This document shows positions 41,537 through 52,732 of a DNA stretch of 64,000 nt, in pieces (the stretch's first letter is position 1; each line of letters starts with the position of its first letter). The notes beneath the pieces were generated by a model, which saw only the letters and a list, made by a program, of their open reading frames with translations, ran no database searches and had not been told where the DNA came from. The DNA is taken from the NCBI GenBank assembly GCA_038087875.1, contig CM075995.1, positions 2,110,001 to 2,174,000 of the forward strand, given 5' to 3'. Source of the stretch: Malacoraja senta. Taxonomy: Eukaryota. The position numbers and the translations under genes were made by a program.

Positions 41537-42702
41537 AGACTAAAATGCTGGAGAAACTCAGCGGGTGAGGCAGCATCTATGGAGCGAAGGAAATAGGCGA
41601 CGTTTTGGGTCGAGACCCTTCTTCAAACTGCTGTGAGGGTGCAGGGGGTGGGAAGAAGAAAGGAAGAGGCGGAGACAGTGGGCTGAGGGAGAGCTGGGAA
41701 GCGGAGGAGAAAGCAGGGACTACCTGAAATTGGAGGTCAATTTTCATACCGCTGGGGTGTAAACTGCCCAAGCAAAATATGAGGTGCTGCTCCTCCAATT
41801 TACGGTGGGCCTCACTCTGGCCATGGAGGAGGCCCAGGACAGAAAAGTCGGATTCGGAATGGGAGGGGGAGTTGAAGTGCTGAGCCACCGGGAGATCAGG
41901 TTGGTTATTGCAAACCGAGCGGAGGTATTGGGCAAAGCGATCACCAAGCCAATGCTTGGTCTCACTGATGTAGAGCAACTGACACCTAGAGCAGCGGATG
42001 CAATAGATGAGGTTGGAGTAGGTGCACGTGAACCTCTGCTGCACCTGGAAAGACGGCTGGGTCCTTGAATGGAGTCAAGGGGGGAGGTAAAGCGACAAGT
42101 GTAGCATTTCTTGCGGTTGCAAGGGAAAGTGCCAGGAGAGGGGGTGGTTTAGGTGGGAAGGGACGAAATGACCAGGGAGTTACGGAAGGAGCGGTCTCTG
42201 CGGAAAGCCGACAGGGGGGAGATGAGAAGATGTGGCCAGTAGTGGGATCCAGTTGGTAGACAAAGCTGGAGAAAATCAGCAGGTGAGGCAGCATCTATGA
42301 AGCGAAGGAATAGGCGACGTTTCGGGTCGAGACCCTTCTTCAGACAGATGTCGGGGGTGGGGGTGGGGGGGTCGGGAAAAAGAAAGGAAGAGGCGGAGAC
42401 AGTAGGCTGTGGGAGAGCTGGGAATGGGAGGGGAAGGAGGGAGAAAGCAAGGACTACCTGATATTGGAGACGTCAATGTTCATACCGCTGGGGTGTAACC
42501 TACCAAGCAAAATATGAGGTGCTGTTCCTCCAATTTGCGGTGGGCCTCACTCTGGCCATGGAGGACGCTCAGGACAGAAAGGTCGGATTCGGAATGGGAA
42601 GGGGAGTTGAAGTGCTGAGCCACCGGGAGATCAGGTTGGTTAATGCGAACTGAGTGTAGGTGTTGTGCAAAGCGATCGCCAAGCGTGCACTTGGTCTCAC
42701 TG
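41537..42702 (-). mobile_element. Penelope-like element 3' end in tandem (pLTR-like): GIY-YIG endonuclease remnant plus hammerhead-bearing 3' UTR
   Basis: ORF 41577-42044 reads RFTCTYSNLIYCIRCSRCQLLYISETK..LGDRFAQYLRSV...PVAQHFNSPSH...RKLEEQHLIF.LGSLHPSGM. A second direct copy spans ~42260-42702. Confidence 0.85.
42316..42343 (-). ncRNA. Minimal type I hammerhead ribozyme core
   Basis: Reverse complement is CTGAAGA-A-GGGTC-TC-GACCC-GAAAC-GTC: CUGANGA box, stem II, GAAA box, palindromic ACGU helix III and a GUC cleavage triplet. It lies downstream of the Penelope GIY-YIG frame on the same strand. Confidence 0.7.
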
Positions 42703-45276
42703 AGGTTGATCATACGCTGAATAATCCAACCAGAATTTTGTTTGGAAGTGGAAAGAAATAATATAAATTGCATTCATTGCAACGTGTAAAAGGAGATGAG
42801 ATACTGTATTGTAATTTTGCTGCATGTCATTGTGGTATATATCATGTCTTGATTGGTGAATATGTTTAGATTGTGACTTTATTTGAAGCAGAAATAATAT
42901 GTGAATGCTTCATTGACCATAATTCTGACTGATAGCTACGCACTTCGTCCGAGCACATTATCGCACGTGTCATGCAAGCCGTCTTAAATGACCACCTAAA
43001 CTGTCATTTGGCAACATAAAAAGCTGCCTAGGGTGCCCGGCTGGCAACAGGGAAAAAAAGTTAAGCGAGAGCCCAGTACTATCACAACGTTTAAGAAACA
43101 TTTAGACAGGTACATGGATGGGACAGGTTTGGAGGGATATGGGCCAAACGCAGGTAGGTGGGACTCGTGTAGATGGGACATGTTGGCCAGTGTGGACAAG
43201 TTGGGTCGAAGGGCCTATTTCCACCTGTAAGACTCTATTTAGCTTAACATCAGGTATCAGAACAATAGTTTGGTTGGGGTAGCTGAATTAAGACGATCAG
43301 ACGATTTGCATGGATTTAGATAATCCATTAATTGAACTGAAACTTTTTGAAGATGTGACCTAGTCAGTGGAATGTCCACTATGGCAGGATTAGCCAGCAA
43401 CTAGTCTCACTCCTGCAAACTGCTGTGTACGCTTGACTATATTCTCCACATTTTAAAAAGTATTTGAGCAGTTGTAGAGCATTTTCAAAAGCAGTCTAAA
43501 TGTGTAGGAAGGAACTACAGATGCTAGTTTAAACCGTAGACACAAAATGCTGGAGTAACTCAGCGGGACAGGCAGCATCTCTGGAGAGAAGGAATGGGTG
43601 ACGTTTCGGGTCGAGACAATGCATTCCTGTGCTGTACATTCTATGCAAACCTACTAATCCCACGGAAAAGAATGACATTGTGAATACACAGCTTTTATTA
43701 TATTTAAAACACTCAAAGGGAGCCAATATCGTCAAATACCCACGGCAGCTTTGCAATGCTGACATTTTACTCCAACCATCAGGAAGAAAGTACTGGAACC
43801 TGAAAACCTGTGACCACCAGGTTCAAGAATAACATCCCTTCATCTGACCTAATTTTTAAGTTGTAACTAGTCAAGAGAAATGTCCATAATGTACTTATTT
43901 AATTTTAAAAATCCAGGTATCCCTCAAACGAGGTCATCACTTATACCATAGAACTGAAAAGAAATTCTTGAGGGCAGTCTCAGCATAAAATAACTTAACT
44001 TTAGAAAGGAGATGAGGAGGAATTTCTATAGCCAGAGCGTGACGAATCTGTGGATTTCATTGCCACAGACGGCTGTGGAGGCCAAGTCATTGGTTATTTT
44101 TAAAGCGGAGAATTACAGGTTCTTGATTATAAGAAGAATGGGGTTGAGAAGGAAAGATAGATCAGCCATGATTGAATGATGGAGTAGACTTGCTGGACCA
44201 AAAAGCCTAATTCTGCTAATGACTTATAAACGTGGAAACAAGGAATTGCAGGTGCTGGTTTACCTGCAAAAGACACAAAATGCTGGAGTTACTCAGCGGG
44301 TCAGCCAGAATCCCGGGAGAACATGAATAGATGACGTTTCGGGTCAGAACACAAACATCTCAGGTCGGAGCACCCGAAACGTCACCTAGCCATGTTCTCC
44401 ATGGATTATGACTGACCTGCTGAGTTCTCCATCGATTATGACTGACCTCAAGAAATCCTTGACCTTGTTGTGACATGAGCTGTTTTGGAGTGTGGGAAGA
44501 GGAAATTATGTCCAAATGGCTATGACGAATGGTGTGGTAAGAACTATTCATTGTATTCAACTTATATACGTGAAGGAAAACAAAATCTTGTATCCAGGTT
44601 CGCCAACAACACAAGAACATGAGTCACTGAACCTCCTGCAAGACAGTGCCTCAGGGCTGGTGATAACTTGCTCCCACCCTACGTCTGTGCATTCTAAAGT
44701 AGTGGGAGGATTCATGGTGGAATTCACACCCACCACAGGTGGAGTAAGTGTTGCTTGACAAGGCCAGTGGGTGAGCAGTGTTGGAGATGGAGCACTCCGC
44801 TGCTATTTGCACTTGGCATCCACTAGTTCCTGAAGTCACTATAACAGCTATCAACAAAAACACATTACAGGGCTACCCAACATTGGGTGAGAGTTGGGAG
44901 TGAGAAATTGCGAGAGATGAAGCCCGAGGGAGCGTAGGGGGAGGGGGGGAGGATCCTCTTTCAGTACCTCTTTCCTGTTTTCCCCCCCATATCCCTTGAT
45001 TTCATTAGCCCCAAGAACTAAATGTAACTGTGGCAGAGAATTCCACAGATTCACAACTCTCTGCGTGAAGAAAGTTTGTCTTCATCTCAGTCCTAACTGG
45101 CCTACCCTTTATTCTTAAACTGTGACCCCTGGTTCTGAACTCCCCCAACATCGGAAACATTTTTCTTGCAGTTACAGTAAGTGAAAAATCTAGCAGACAA
45201 GCAGGATGCTTTATCCAACCACTCCCATTTGAAGTCCACTATCTTCCACCGTGTCTAGCCAGTGCTTGGTACTTAC

Positions 45277-45518
45277 TTCCAGCAGCCACTGGTTGTCCTC
45301 CAGGATGCCCCGAGCCGCAGCCTGATCCATGCCGGTCACCTGGACGAATTTGGCACAGAGACTCTCACGGCAGCGGCGCAACGCTTCCGACGCCTCCGAC
45401 AGCCCTGAGGCTGCTCCATGGCCGGAGCTGCAGTGAGCGACTCGCCAGCCAGGCAAACACTTGCCAGCCCCGCTCCCCGTCCCCGCCGCTGCTTCTGCTT
45501 CCAACTCCCGTGGCCCAT
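45277..45518 (-). pseudogene. TDP2: TDP2-like exon 1 fragment (N-terminal UBA-like domain) with intact GTAAGT donor; both ATGs are out of frame
   Basis: RRCRESLCAKFVQVTGMDQAAARGILEDNQWLLE|gtaagt aligns with human TDP2 KKRRLLCVEFASVASCDAAVAQCFLAENDWEME, and the phase-0 boundary falls where I recall the human exon 1 ending. The ATGs at 45419 and 45518 give spans of 143 and 242 nt to the donor, neither a multiple of 3. Confidence 0.65.
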
Positions 45519-45653
45519 GCAGTTGATATGAGTTTTGAAATTTTCGTTGATCACAGAATTTCTCACGACAGTGTGAGAGAAATTTGTGATCAGCGTGAGA
45601 ATTTGGCGAAATGCGTGATTCTCACGCTCAATGCATGAGAGTTGGTAGCCCTG

Positions 45654-46452
45654 CCTCTCTATCCCCCTATCACCCCCCCCCCTCTCTCCCCCCACTCCCA
45701 CCTCACTCTCCCCCCTCTATTCCACTCTCTCCTCTCACCCCCCCTCTCTCTCCCCCTGTCCCCCTCCCCCTCTGTCTCTCCCTCTCTCCGTCTCCCCCTC
45801 TCTCTCCCCCACTCCCACCTCACTCTCCCCCTCTATTCCACTCTCTCCTCTCACCCCCTCTCTCTCCCCCGTCCCCCTCCTCTCTCTCCCCCTCTCCCAC
45901 CTCACTCTCCCCCTCCTCCTCTCTCCCCCTCTTTTTTCCCCAAACTCTCTCTCCCCCTCTTTCCCCTAACTCTCTCTCCCCCTCCCTCCCCCTCTTTCTC
46001 CTCTATCTCCCCCTCTCCACACACTCTCTGTCCCTCTCTCTCTCTCATCTTTCTCTCTCACCTCTCTATGTCCCCTCTCTCTCTCTCTCTCCTCCTCTCT
46101 CCCGCCAACTCTCCCTCGCACCTCACTCTCCCCCTTTCTCTTTCTCCTGTCTCTATCTCCTCTTTCTCTTTGCCCCCCCTCTCTCTCTCTCTCTCTCTTT
46201 CCCCGTTTCTCTTTCCCCCCTCCCTCTTCCCCCTCTCTTTTACCACCCCTCTCTCCCCCCCTCCCTCTCCCCCTTCTCTCCCACCTCACTCTCCCCCTCT
46301 CACCTCTCTCTATCTCCCCCTCCCCTTCTCTCCTCTCTCTCCCTTACCTCTCTCTCCCTCTCTCCTCTCCCCATTCTCTCCCCCTCTCTCTCCTCTCACC
46401 CCCCTCTCTCTCCCCACCCGTCTCCTTCCCCCCTATCTCTCCCCCTCCCTTT
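45654..46452. repeat. CT-rich polypyrimidine low-complexity tract
   Basis: Almost exclusively C and T. It produces the spurious Pro/Ser/Leu ORF 45611-46663. Confidence 0.95.
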
Positions 46453-46453
46453 G

Positions 46454-46650
46454 AGAGTCTCTGTCCCTTCGGCACAAAGACTCTCACGGCAGCCGGGCAA
46501 TGCTTCCGACGCCTCCGACAGCACTGAAGCTGCTCCATGGCCGGAGCTGCAGCGAGCGACTCGCCAGCCCCGCAAACACTCGCCAGCCCCGCTCCCGGCA
46601 TCTGTCCCCGCCACTGCTTCAGCCCCGGCTCTCCAACACCCGCGGCCCAT
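46454..46650 (-). pseudogene. TDP2: Second, 3'-truncated copy of the TDP2-like exon fragment
   Basis: Reads MGRGCWRAGAEAVAGTDAGSGAGECLRGWRVARCSSGHGAASVLSEASEALPGCRESLCAE, then breaks off. Homologous to 45352-45518. Confidence 0.6.
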
Positions 46651-47084
46651 GCAGTTTATATAAGTTTTGAAATTTTCGTTGATCACATAATTTCTCACGA
46701 GAGCGTGAGAAATTTGTGATCAGCGTGAGAACGTGAGAATTTGTCGAAATGAGTGATTATCACGCTCAAAGCGTGAGAGTTGGCAGTCTGACATTACAAT
46801 TAAATGACAATTCATGACTTGCCATTGGGAATGCTTCAACCTTACAATTTCTTAAGATGACTTGCAGATACAATTTCCAAATCTGCTGATAAATTGCGAA
46901 GAGGGCACTAGGCTACAATAATTTTATGGAGACAAAAGAAACTGCAGATGCAGGGATCTTGCCCAGAAAGCACAGAACGCAAAGCATTGGAGTATCGCAG
47001 CGGGTTGTCTGACTCACTGTGTTATTCCAGTACATTGTGTTCTAGAAAAGAAGTATTTTATACTGTATTTGCTAATCTAACACA

Positions 47085-47604
47085 ATAAACAATAGGTGCA
47101 GTAGGCCATTCCGCCTTTCGAGCCAGCACCGCCATTCACTGAGATATTATGGCTGATCACAATCAGTATCCCGTTCCTGCCTTCTCCACATATCCATTGA
47201 CATATCTTTAAGAGCTCCATCTAACTCTCTCTTGAAAGCATCCAGAGAATTGGCCTCCACTGCCTTCTGAGGCAGAGAATTCCACAGATTCACAACTCTC
47301 TGGATGAAAAAGTTTTTTCTCATCTCCATTCTATATAGCCTACCCCTTATTCTTAAACTGTGGCCCCTGGTTCTGGATTCCCCCACATCGGGAATATGTT
47401 TCCTGCCTCTAGTGTGTCCAATCCCTTAATAATCTTGTGTTTCAATAAGATACCGTCTGATCCTTCTAAATTCCAGTGTATACAAGCCCAGTCGCTCCAT
47501 TTTTTTTCAACATATGACAGTCCCGCCATCCCGGGAATTAACCTTGTGAACCTACGCTGCACTCCCTCAATAGCAAGAATGTCCTTCCTCAAATTTGGAG
47601 ACAA
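47085..47604 (-). mobile_element. CR1 3' fragment
   Basis: Encodes [30 protein letters not shown]...GESRTRGHSLRIRG. Confidence 0.88.
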
Positions 47605-48365
47605 AATTCGTCTGCAGCGGCCTCTGCAGTCCGTCTGTCTTTTTATTATTTTTGTCTTGTTTTTATGTAGTTTTTTATTATTTTTTTTTGTCGGGGTATG
47701 TGTGTGGGGGGGGTGGGGGTGGGGGTAGGGGGGGAAACTTTGAAATCTTTCCGCTGCACGGGAGACCCGACCTTTTCTTTGTCGGGTCTCCGTTGTCGTT
47801 GGGGCTGGGCAACGTGGAGCGGCCTCCAGCAGGAACGACCTGGGGCTCCCGTGGAGCTGCGGACTACTCACCGTCGCGGGGCTGGCCGAGTCCGGAGCGG
47901 GTGGAGCTGTGGTGGAGACAATCGCTGCTGCTACCCGACCGCCGGAGATTCGGAGGCTACAACCGCGGGTCTGGCGGACGGCAACACTGGAAGCCCGCGG
48001 GTCCCCTGGTGGGAGACCGCTTTTCGGGGCTTCCGCAGCGGCGACTTCTCCCGCCCGAGTTGCGGGGTTGAAGCGCACCTGGAGCGGGGCTTTACCCCCC
48101 CTGCGCGGCTTGGAATGGCCACCGGACTTTGCGGGCGCGCGCCGGGGCTCTAACACCAAGACCCGGTGCGCGACCTTGCATTAACTGGCGTGGCTTTAAT
48201 GGCTGCGGGACAATGGCTGCGGGACAATCACCATCGCCCGCCGGGGGCTTTGACTTTGACTCTGACATCGGGGGGGGGGGAGTGCAGTGGAGAGATACGT
48301 TTTTTTGCCTTCCATCACAGCGCTGTGATGGATGTATGTGTAAATTGTGTTGTGTCTCGGGTCTT

Positions 48366-48565
48366 NNNNNNNNNNNNNNNNNNNNNNNNNNNNNNNNNNN
48401 NNNNNNNNNNNNNNNNNNNNNNNNNNNNNNNNNNNNNNNNNNNNNNNNNNNNNNNNNNNNNNNNNNNNNNNNNNNNNNNNNNNNNNNNNNNNNNNNNNNN
48501 NNNNNNNNNNNNNNNNNNNNNNNNNNNNNNNNNNNNNNNNNNNNNNNNNNNNNNNNNNNNNNNNN
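48366..48565. other. Assembly gap (200 N)
   Basis: Run of n characters. Confidence 1.
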
Positions 48566-48679
48566 TGCCCCCCTCGCCTGGTTTCTTGTTGGGTTTTTTA
48601 ATGTGTATATACTTTGGCACAACCTTCCCCCTCTGACCATGCGGGAAGACTGAGTTATATGTTGGAAAAAAAACTTGGG

Positions 48680-48880
48680 TCTGCGGCTTAAACCAGACGC
48701 GAACTCGCGTCGGCTTCTTATCCAGTCCCAGGCTCGGTGACGTCGAGTTAAAGGTGTCCTGGCCGCAGCCAATGGGCGGCCGCCGCTCGCCCAGACCGCG
48801 TCTGTTTCCAGGGGCCCGCACCGCCCCCGCTGCTCCCATTGGCCCATCGCCGCCCGGCGCCTGCAATAAGAGAAAAGCGC
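48680..48880. promoter_or_regulatory. CpG-rich promoter-like patch
   Basis: High CpG density, two CCAAT boxes (AGCCAATGGG ~48767 and CCCATTGGCC ~48835), a CRE-like TGACGTCG at ~48738, and the palindrome GACGCG-AACT-CGCGTC at ~48696. No matching copy elsewhere in the window. Confidence 0.45.
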
Positions 48881-48939
48881 CCAGGCTGACCTCATTCCAG
48901 TTGACACTGGCAACTTAAAGGGGGCAAGGCTGCTCATGC

Positions 48940-49808
48940 ATTCCCCCACCCTCCCCTCCCGTCTCCCCCCTACCATCCCGTCTCCCTCCTACCCTCCCGT
49001 CTCCCTCCTCCCCTCCCGTCTCCCTCCTACCCTCCCGTCTCCCTCCTACCCTCCCGTCTCCCTCCTACCCTCCCCCCTACTCTCTCCCTCCTACTCTTTC
49101 CCTCCTACCCTCTCTCTCCCCTCCCTCCCTCTACCTCTCTCCCTTCCTTCCTACCCCTCCCTCCTACATTCTCTCTCCCACTCTCCCCCTCCCATTCCTC
49201 CCCCTCTCTCCCTCCCCATCCCTCTCTCCCCTGCCTCCCCCTTCCCCCTCTCTCCCTCCCCCCTCTCTCTCCCTCCCCCTTCACCTCTCTCCCTCCCCTC
49301 TCTACCTCTCGCTCGCCCCTTCCTCCCCTACTTCTGCCCCTCTCCCTCTTCAACCCCCTCCTCTCTCTCTCCCTTTCTCCTATCCCTTTCCTCCCCCCCC
49401 TATTTTTGCACCCCTCCCATCCTCCCCTATCCCTCCGATCCACCTCTCTTCTTCCCGTTCCGCCATCCTTTTCTCCTTCCTCCTCCACCCCCTCCCATTC
49501 CTCTACCTCCGCCCCATCCCTCGCCCTCCCTTCCCTCCCCCTATCCCGTCTTTCTTCCGCCTCTCCCCTCCCATCTTTTCCACTTTCCCTCACCTCTCTC
49601 TCTCTCTCCCCTCCCCTCCCCCCATCCCTTCCCTTCCCCAGACGCCCCCCGCCTTTCTCCACCCTCCGGCATTAAATTAACGCTGCATGTTGTGCCTTCC
49701 CTTCTTCACCAAACTGGCATTAGCCCGTCCCACCGACTCAAGACACCAAGCAGCACAACGCTCGGTCTTGGGCGAAACTGGTCTGACTGTCTGTCTGTGT
49801 ATGTGTGT

Positions 49809-49847
<39 letters not shown>

Positions 49848-50062
49848 TGCGTGTCTGTATGTGCCTGTCTGCTTCTCTCTCTCTCTCTCCCTCCCTCCCC
49901 ACTCCTCTCTCCCTCCCTCCCTCCCCACTCCTCTCTCCTCCCCCTCCTCTCTCTCCCCCTCCTCTCTCTCTCCCCCCCCCCCTCCTCTCTCCCCCTCCTC
50001 CTCGCTCCCCCCTCCTCCTCTCTCCCTCCCCCCTCCTCTCTCTCTCTCCCTCCCTCGCTCTC
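48940..50062. repeat. CT-rich low-complexity tracts with a (GA)n microsatellite at ~49813-49845
   Basis: Read directly from the sequence. Confidence 0.9.
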
Positions 50063-51137
50063 ACGCGTACACACTGACAGCTCGTCCACTTATGTTAAGT
50101 TTCGCGAAATTGACACGATATCGTGCGTCCAAAATTGATAGGCTGCAGTTTCACTTAAAGCGAAAACCAGCCCCCTGAAATACTCCGAATGAGTTCTGCC
50201 TTCGCCCACACCGGCAGGTATTATCTACTCCTTGATATCAAAAGGAATTACACAGGAACCCGTTCCTTTGCTCTTTAATAACATTAAGCAGTTCAGTGCA
50301 GCATACATACATGAAACGCACGCTGAACAACACACCGGATTCAGCACTTGTAGTGTTTCCCTCCCCCCTCTGTTTCCAAGAGAATCGTACGAACACTAGC
50401 AGTCGCACAAAAGGGCACATTAGGTGGGTTGAGTAGAGCAAAAATAGAGGCGCGTCAAACGCATTGGTTGGCGACCACCTATTACCGTCTTGACAGATAT
50501 AGGATGAAACGCAAGTGCTCCATTTGCACATAGAGGTTTGTTCAGGCTAAACCGAGAGAGAGGAATAATAATGCAACGTTGGTAGAATTAGGCATGCTTT
50601 TAAAGCAACGTTTGCAGGTAATAAATTCTGAAAGATATCATCTTCGCTCAATGTAGCTTCAAAATTTAGTCCAATGAGTAGATTCGAACTGATATCCGAT
50701 AAAGGAGTCCACATTTAATCGGACTCTGATCCAAGCAAATGCGCGCTGCGCGTTTTAAATGGCAAAGAGGTTATTGATATAGATACAGGGTGTTGGGCTG
50801 CACGAGGTTTCAACTACGTGTAGTTAATCGCATGCAAAAATCCCATTAAAACGGGAAACTGATATTTGTGCCCAATCGTGTTAACTTCACGGGTTGCGAG
50901 ACGGTAGGTGGCGGTACTGCGCCTATATACTCTTCAGCCGGCTGCTGTAATTTGGATCCCGACTTTGAACCCCGGGTGGGTGAAGGAAAATAGAGAGCAC
51001 ACGATTTCTCTCCCCACACACACAAACACAAAATTAGTTGGATAATTGTTTCCAACTTCATATTGTTAACAGGTGACCTGTTAACAATATGAAGTTGGAA
51101 AAAAATTATCCAACTAATCACCTTTCATTGTGATAAT

Positions 51138-51946
51138 AGAGTTATCCACTTTGGTGGCAAGAACGGGAAGGCAGACTATTATCTAAATGGTGGCCGATTA
51201 GGAAATGGGGAGATGCAGCGAGACCTGGGTGTCATGGTACACCAGTCATTGAAAGTAGGCATGCAGGTGCAACAGGCAGTGAAGAAAGCGAATGGTATGT
51301 TGGCCTTCATAGCAAGAGGATTTGAGTATAGGAGCAGGGAGGTTCAACTGCAGTTGTACAGGGTCTTGGTGAGACCACACCTGGAGTATTGCGTACAGTT
51401 TTGGTCTCCAAATCTGAGGAAGGGACATTATAGCCATAGAGGGAGTGCAGAGAAGGTTCACCAGACTGATTCCTGGGATGTCAGGACTTTCATATGAAGA
51501 AAGACTGGATAGACTTGGCTTATACTCGCTAGAATTAGGAGATTGAGAGGGGATCTTATAGAAACATACAAAATTCTTATGGGGTTGGACAGGCTAGATG
51601 CAGGAAGATTGTTCCCGATGTTGGGGGAAGTCCAGGACAAGGGGTCACAGCTTAAGGATAAGGGCAAAATCCTTTAAGACCGAGATGAGGAAAAACTTTT
51701 TTCACACAGAGTGTGAAACTCTGGAACTCTCTGCCACAGAGGGTAGTTGAGGCCAGTTCATTGGCTATATTTAAGAGGGAGTTAGATGTGGCCCTTGTGG
51801 CTAAGGGGATCAGGGGGTATGGAGAGAAGGCCGGTACGGGATACTGAGTTGGATGATCAGCCATGATAATATTGAATGGCGGTGCAGGCTCGAAGGGCCG
51901 AATGGCCTACTCCTGCACCTATTTTCTATGTATCTATGTATCTATG
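51138..51946 (+). mobile_element. 5'-truncated CR1
   Basis: ORF 51213-51497 encodes the RT C-terminus. (TATCTATG)n tail. Confidence 0.9.
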
Positions 51947-52732
51947 TGATAAGAGTCAAATAAACTGGCCCTTTGGTTCTGAAGTAGGGTCTCCACCCAA
52001 ACGTCACCTCATCCCTTTTTCCAGAAATAGTGCCTGGCCTGCTGAATTACTCCAGTTTTTTGTGTCTATCCTTTGGTTCTACTCATCTATGCCGACAAGA
52101 TGCCTCATCTAAGCTAGTCCCATTTGCCCGTGTTTGCCCATATCCTCAAAACATCTGTCTACGAACCTGTCCGAGTGTCATATTAGGGTGTGATGTATTG
52201 TTGCACTTGGAGCTCCTTGAGACCCCTCCTTATTGGGTTTACATCATAGAGTCATACAGCATGGAAAAAGGCCCTTCGGCCCAATGTGCCCACACCGGCC
52301 AGCGACACTATTCCCACCTGCCTGCATGTACCCATATCCCTCCATACCTGTCCTACTCATCTACCTGTCTAACTGTTTTCTTAAATAGTATATGATCTTT
52401 CAAAATGATGAGACGGGGCTTGTGCATGGAGCTTGATGGGTAACTAATGCCAAGGTTAGATATAAAAGGAAAATATTCAAGTACACAGTCGTATGTCCAA
52501 ACATTGTCACTCAGACAAAGTAATGGTTCCTGCTAATACCTGCCTTAAATGTAAAAATGTAGCATCTCAGTGCCAAATTTGATTATAATTCAATGGAGAA
52601 CAATCATTGTTGGTATTATAAACTATGCAATGATCGATACCACCAAACATGATACCACTGTAACTTATCAGTTTCAGTTTCAGTTCAGTTTAGTTTATTG
52701 TCACATGTACCGAGGTACAGTGAAAAGCTTTT

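Larger units (their letters stand above)
36691..43075. mobile_element. Putative DNA-transposon insertion (CAGGGCTC termini) that splits a CR1 3' fragment and contains many nested repeats
   Basis: CR1 sequence ...GAGGCAGGTACTA| resumes as |GTACTATCACAACGTTTAAGAAACATTTAG at 43076, so GTACTA is duplicated. Left end CAGGGCTCGAAATTA, right end ...CGAGAGCCCA. Both ends carry TGCCCGG...TGGCAA subterminal motifs. Confidence 0.6.
44868..46790. mobile_element. Non-autonomous TIR DNA transposon carrying a host-gene fragment (Pack-TIR-like), with a duplicated right arm
   Basis: ACATTA at 44862-44867 and 46791-46796. Left end CAGGGCTACCCAAC; right ends GTTGGTAGCCCTG (45653) and GTTGGCAGTCTG (46790). GTGAGA-rich subterminal repeats at both ends. 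No transposase. Confidence 0.7.

Noticed and set aside
45211..45504. The intact TDP2 gene locus
   Set aside because: The ORF starts at TTG, both ATGs are out of frame, it lies inside TIRs, and I saw no further TDP2 exons by eye. It cannot be fully excluded without a search.
45611..46663. 350-aa Pro/Ser/Leu-rich ORF (also 48936-49814)
   Set aside because: Translation of CT low-complexity tracts.
47353..48365. GC-rich ORFs of 150-270 aa next to the gap
   Set aside because: They are fused to CR1 sequence and low-complexity tracts, with no recognisable domain. Probably an unclassified repeat.
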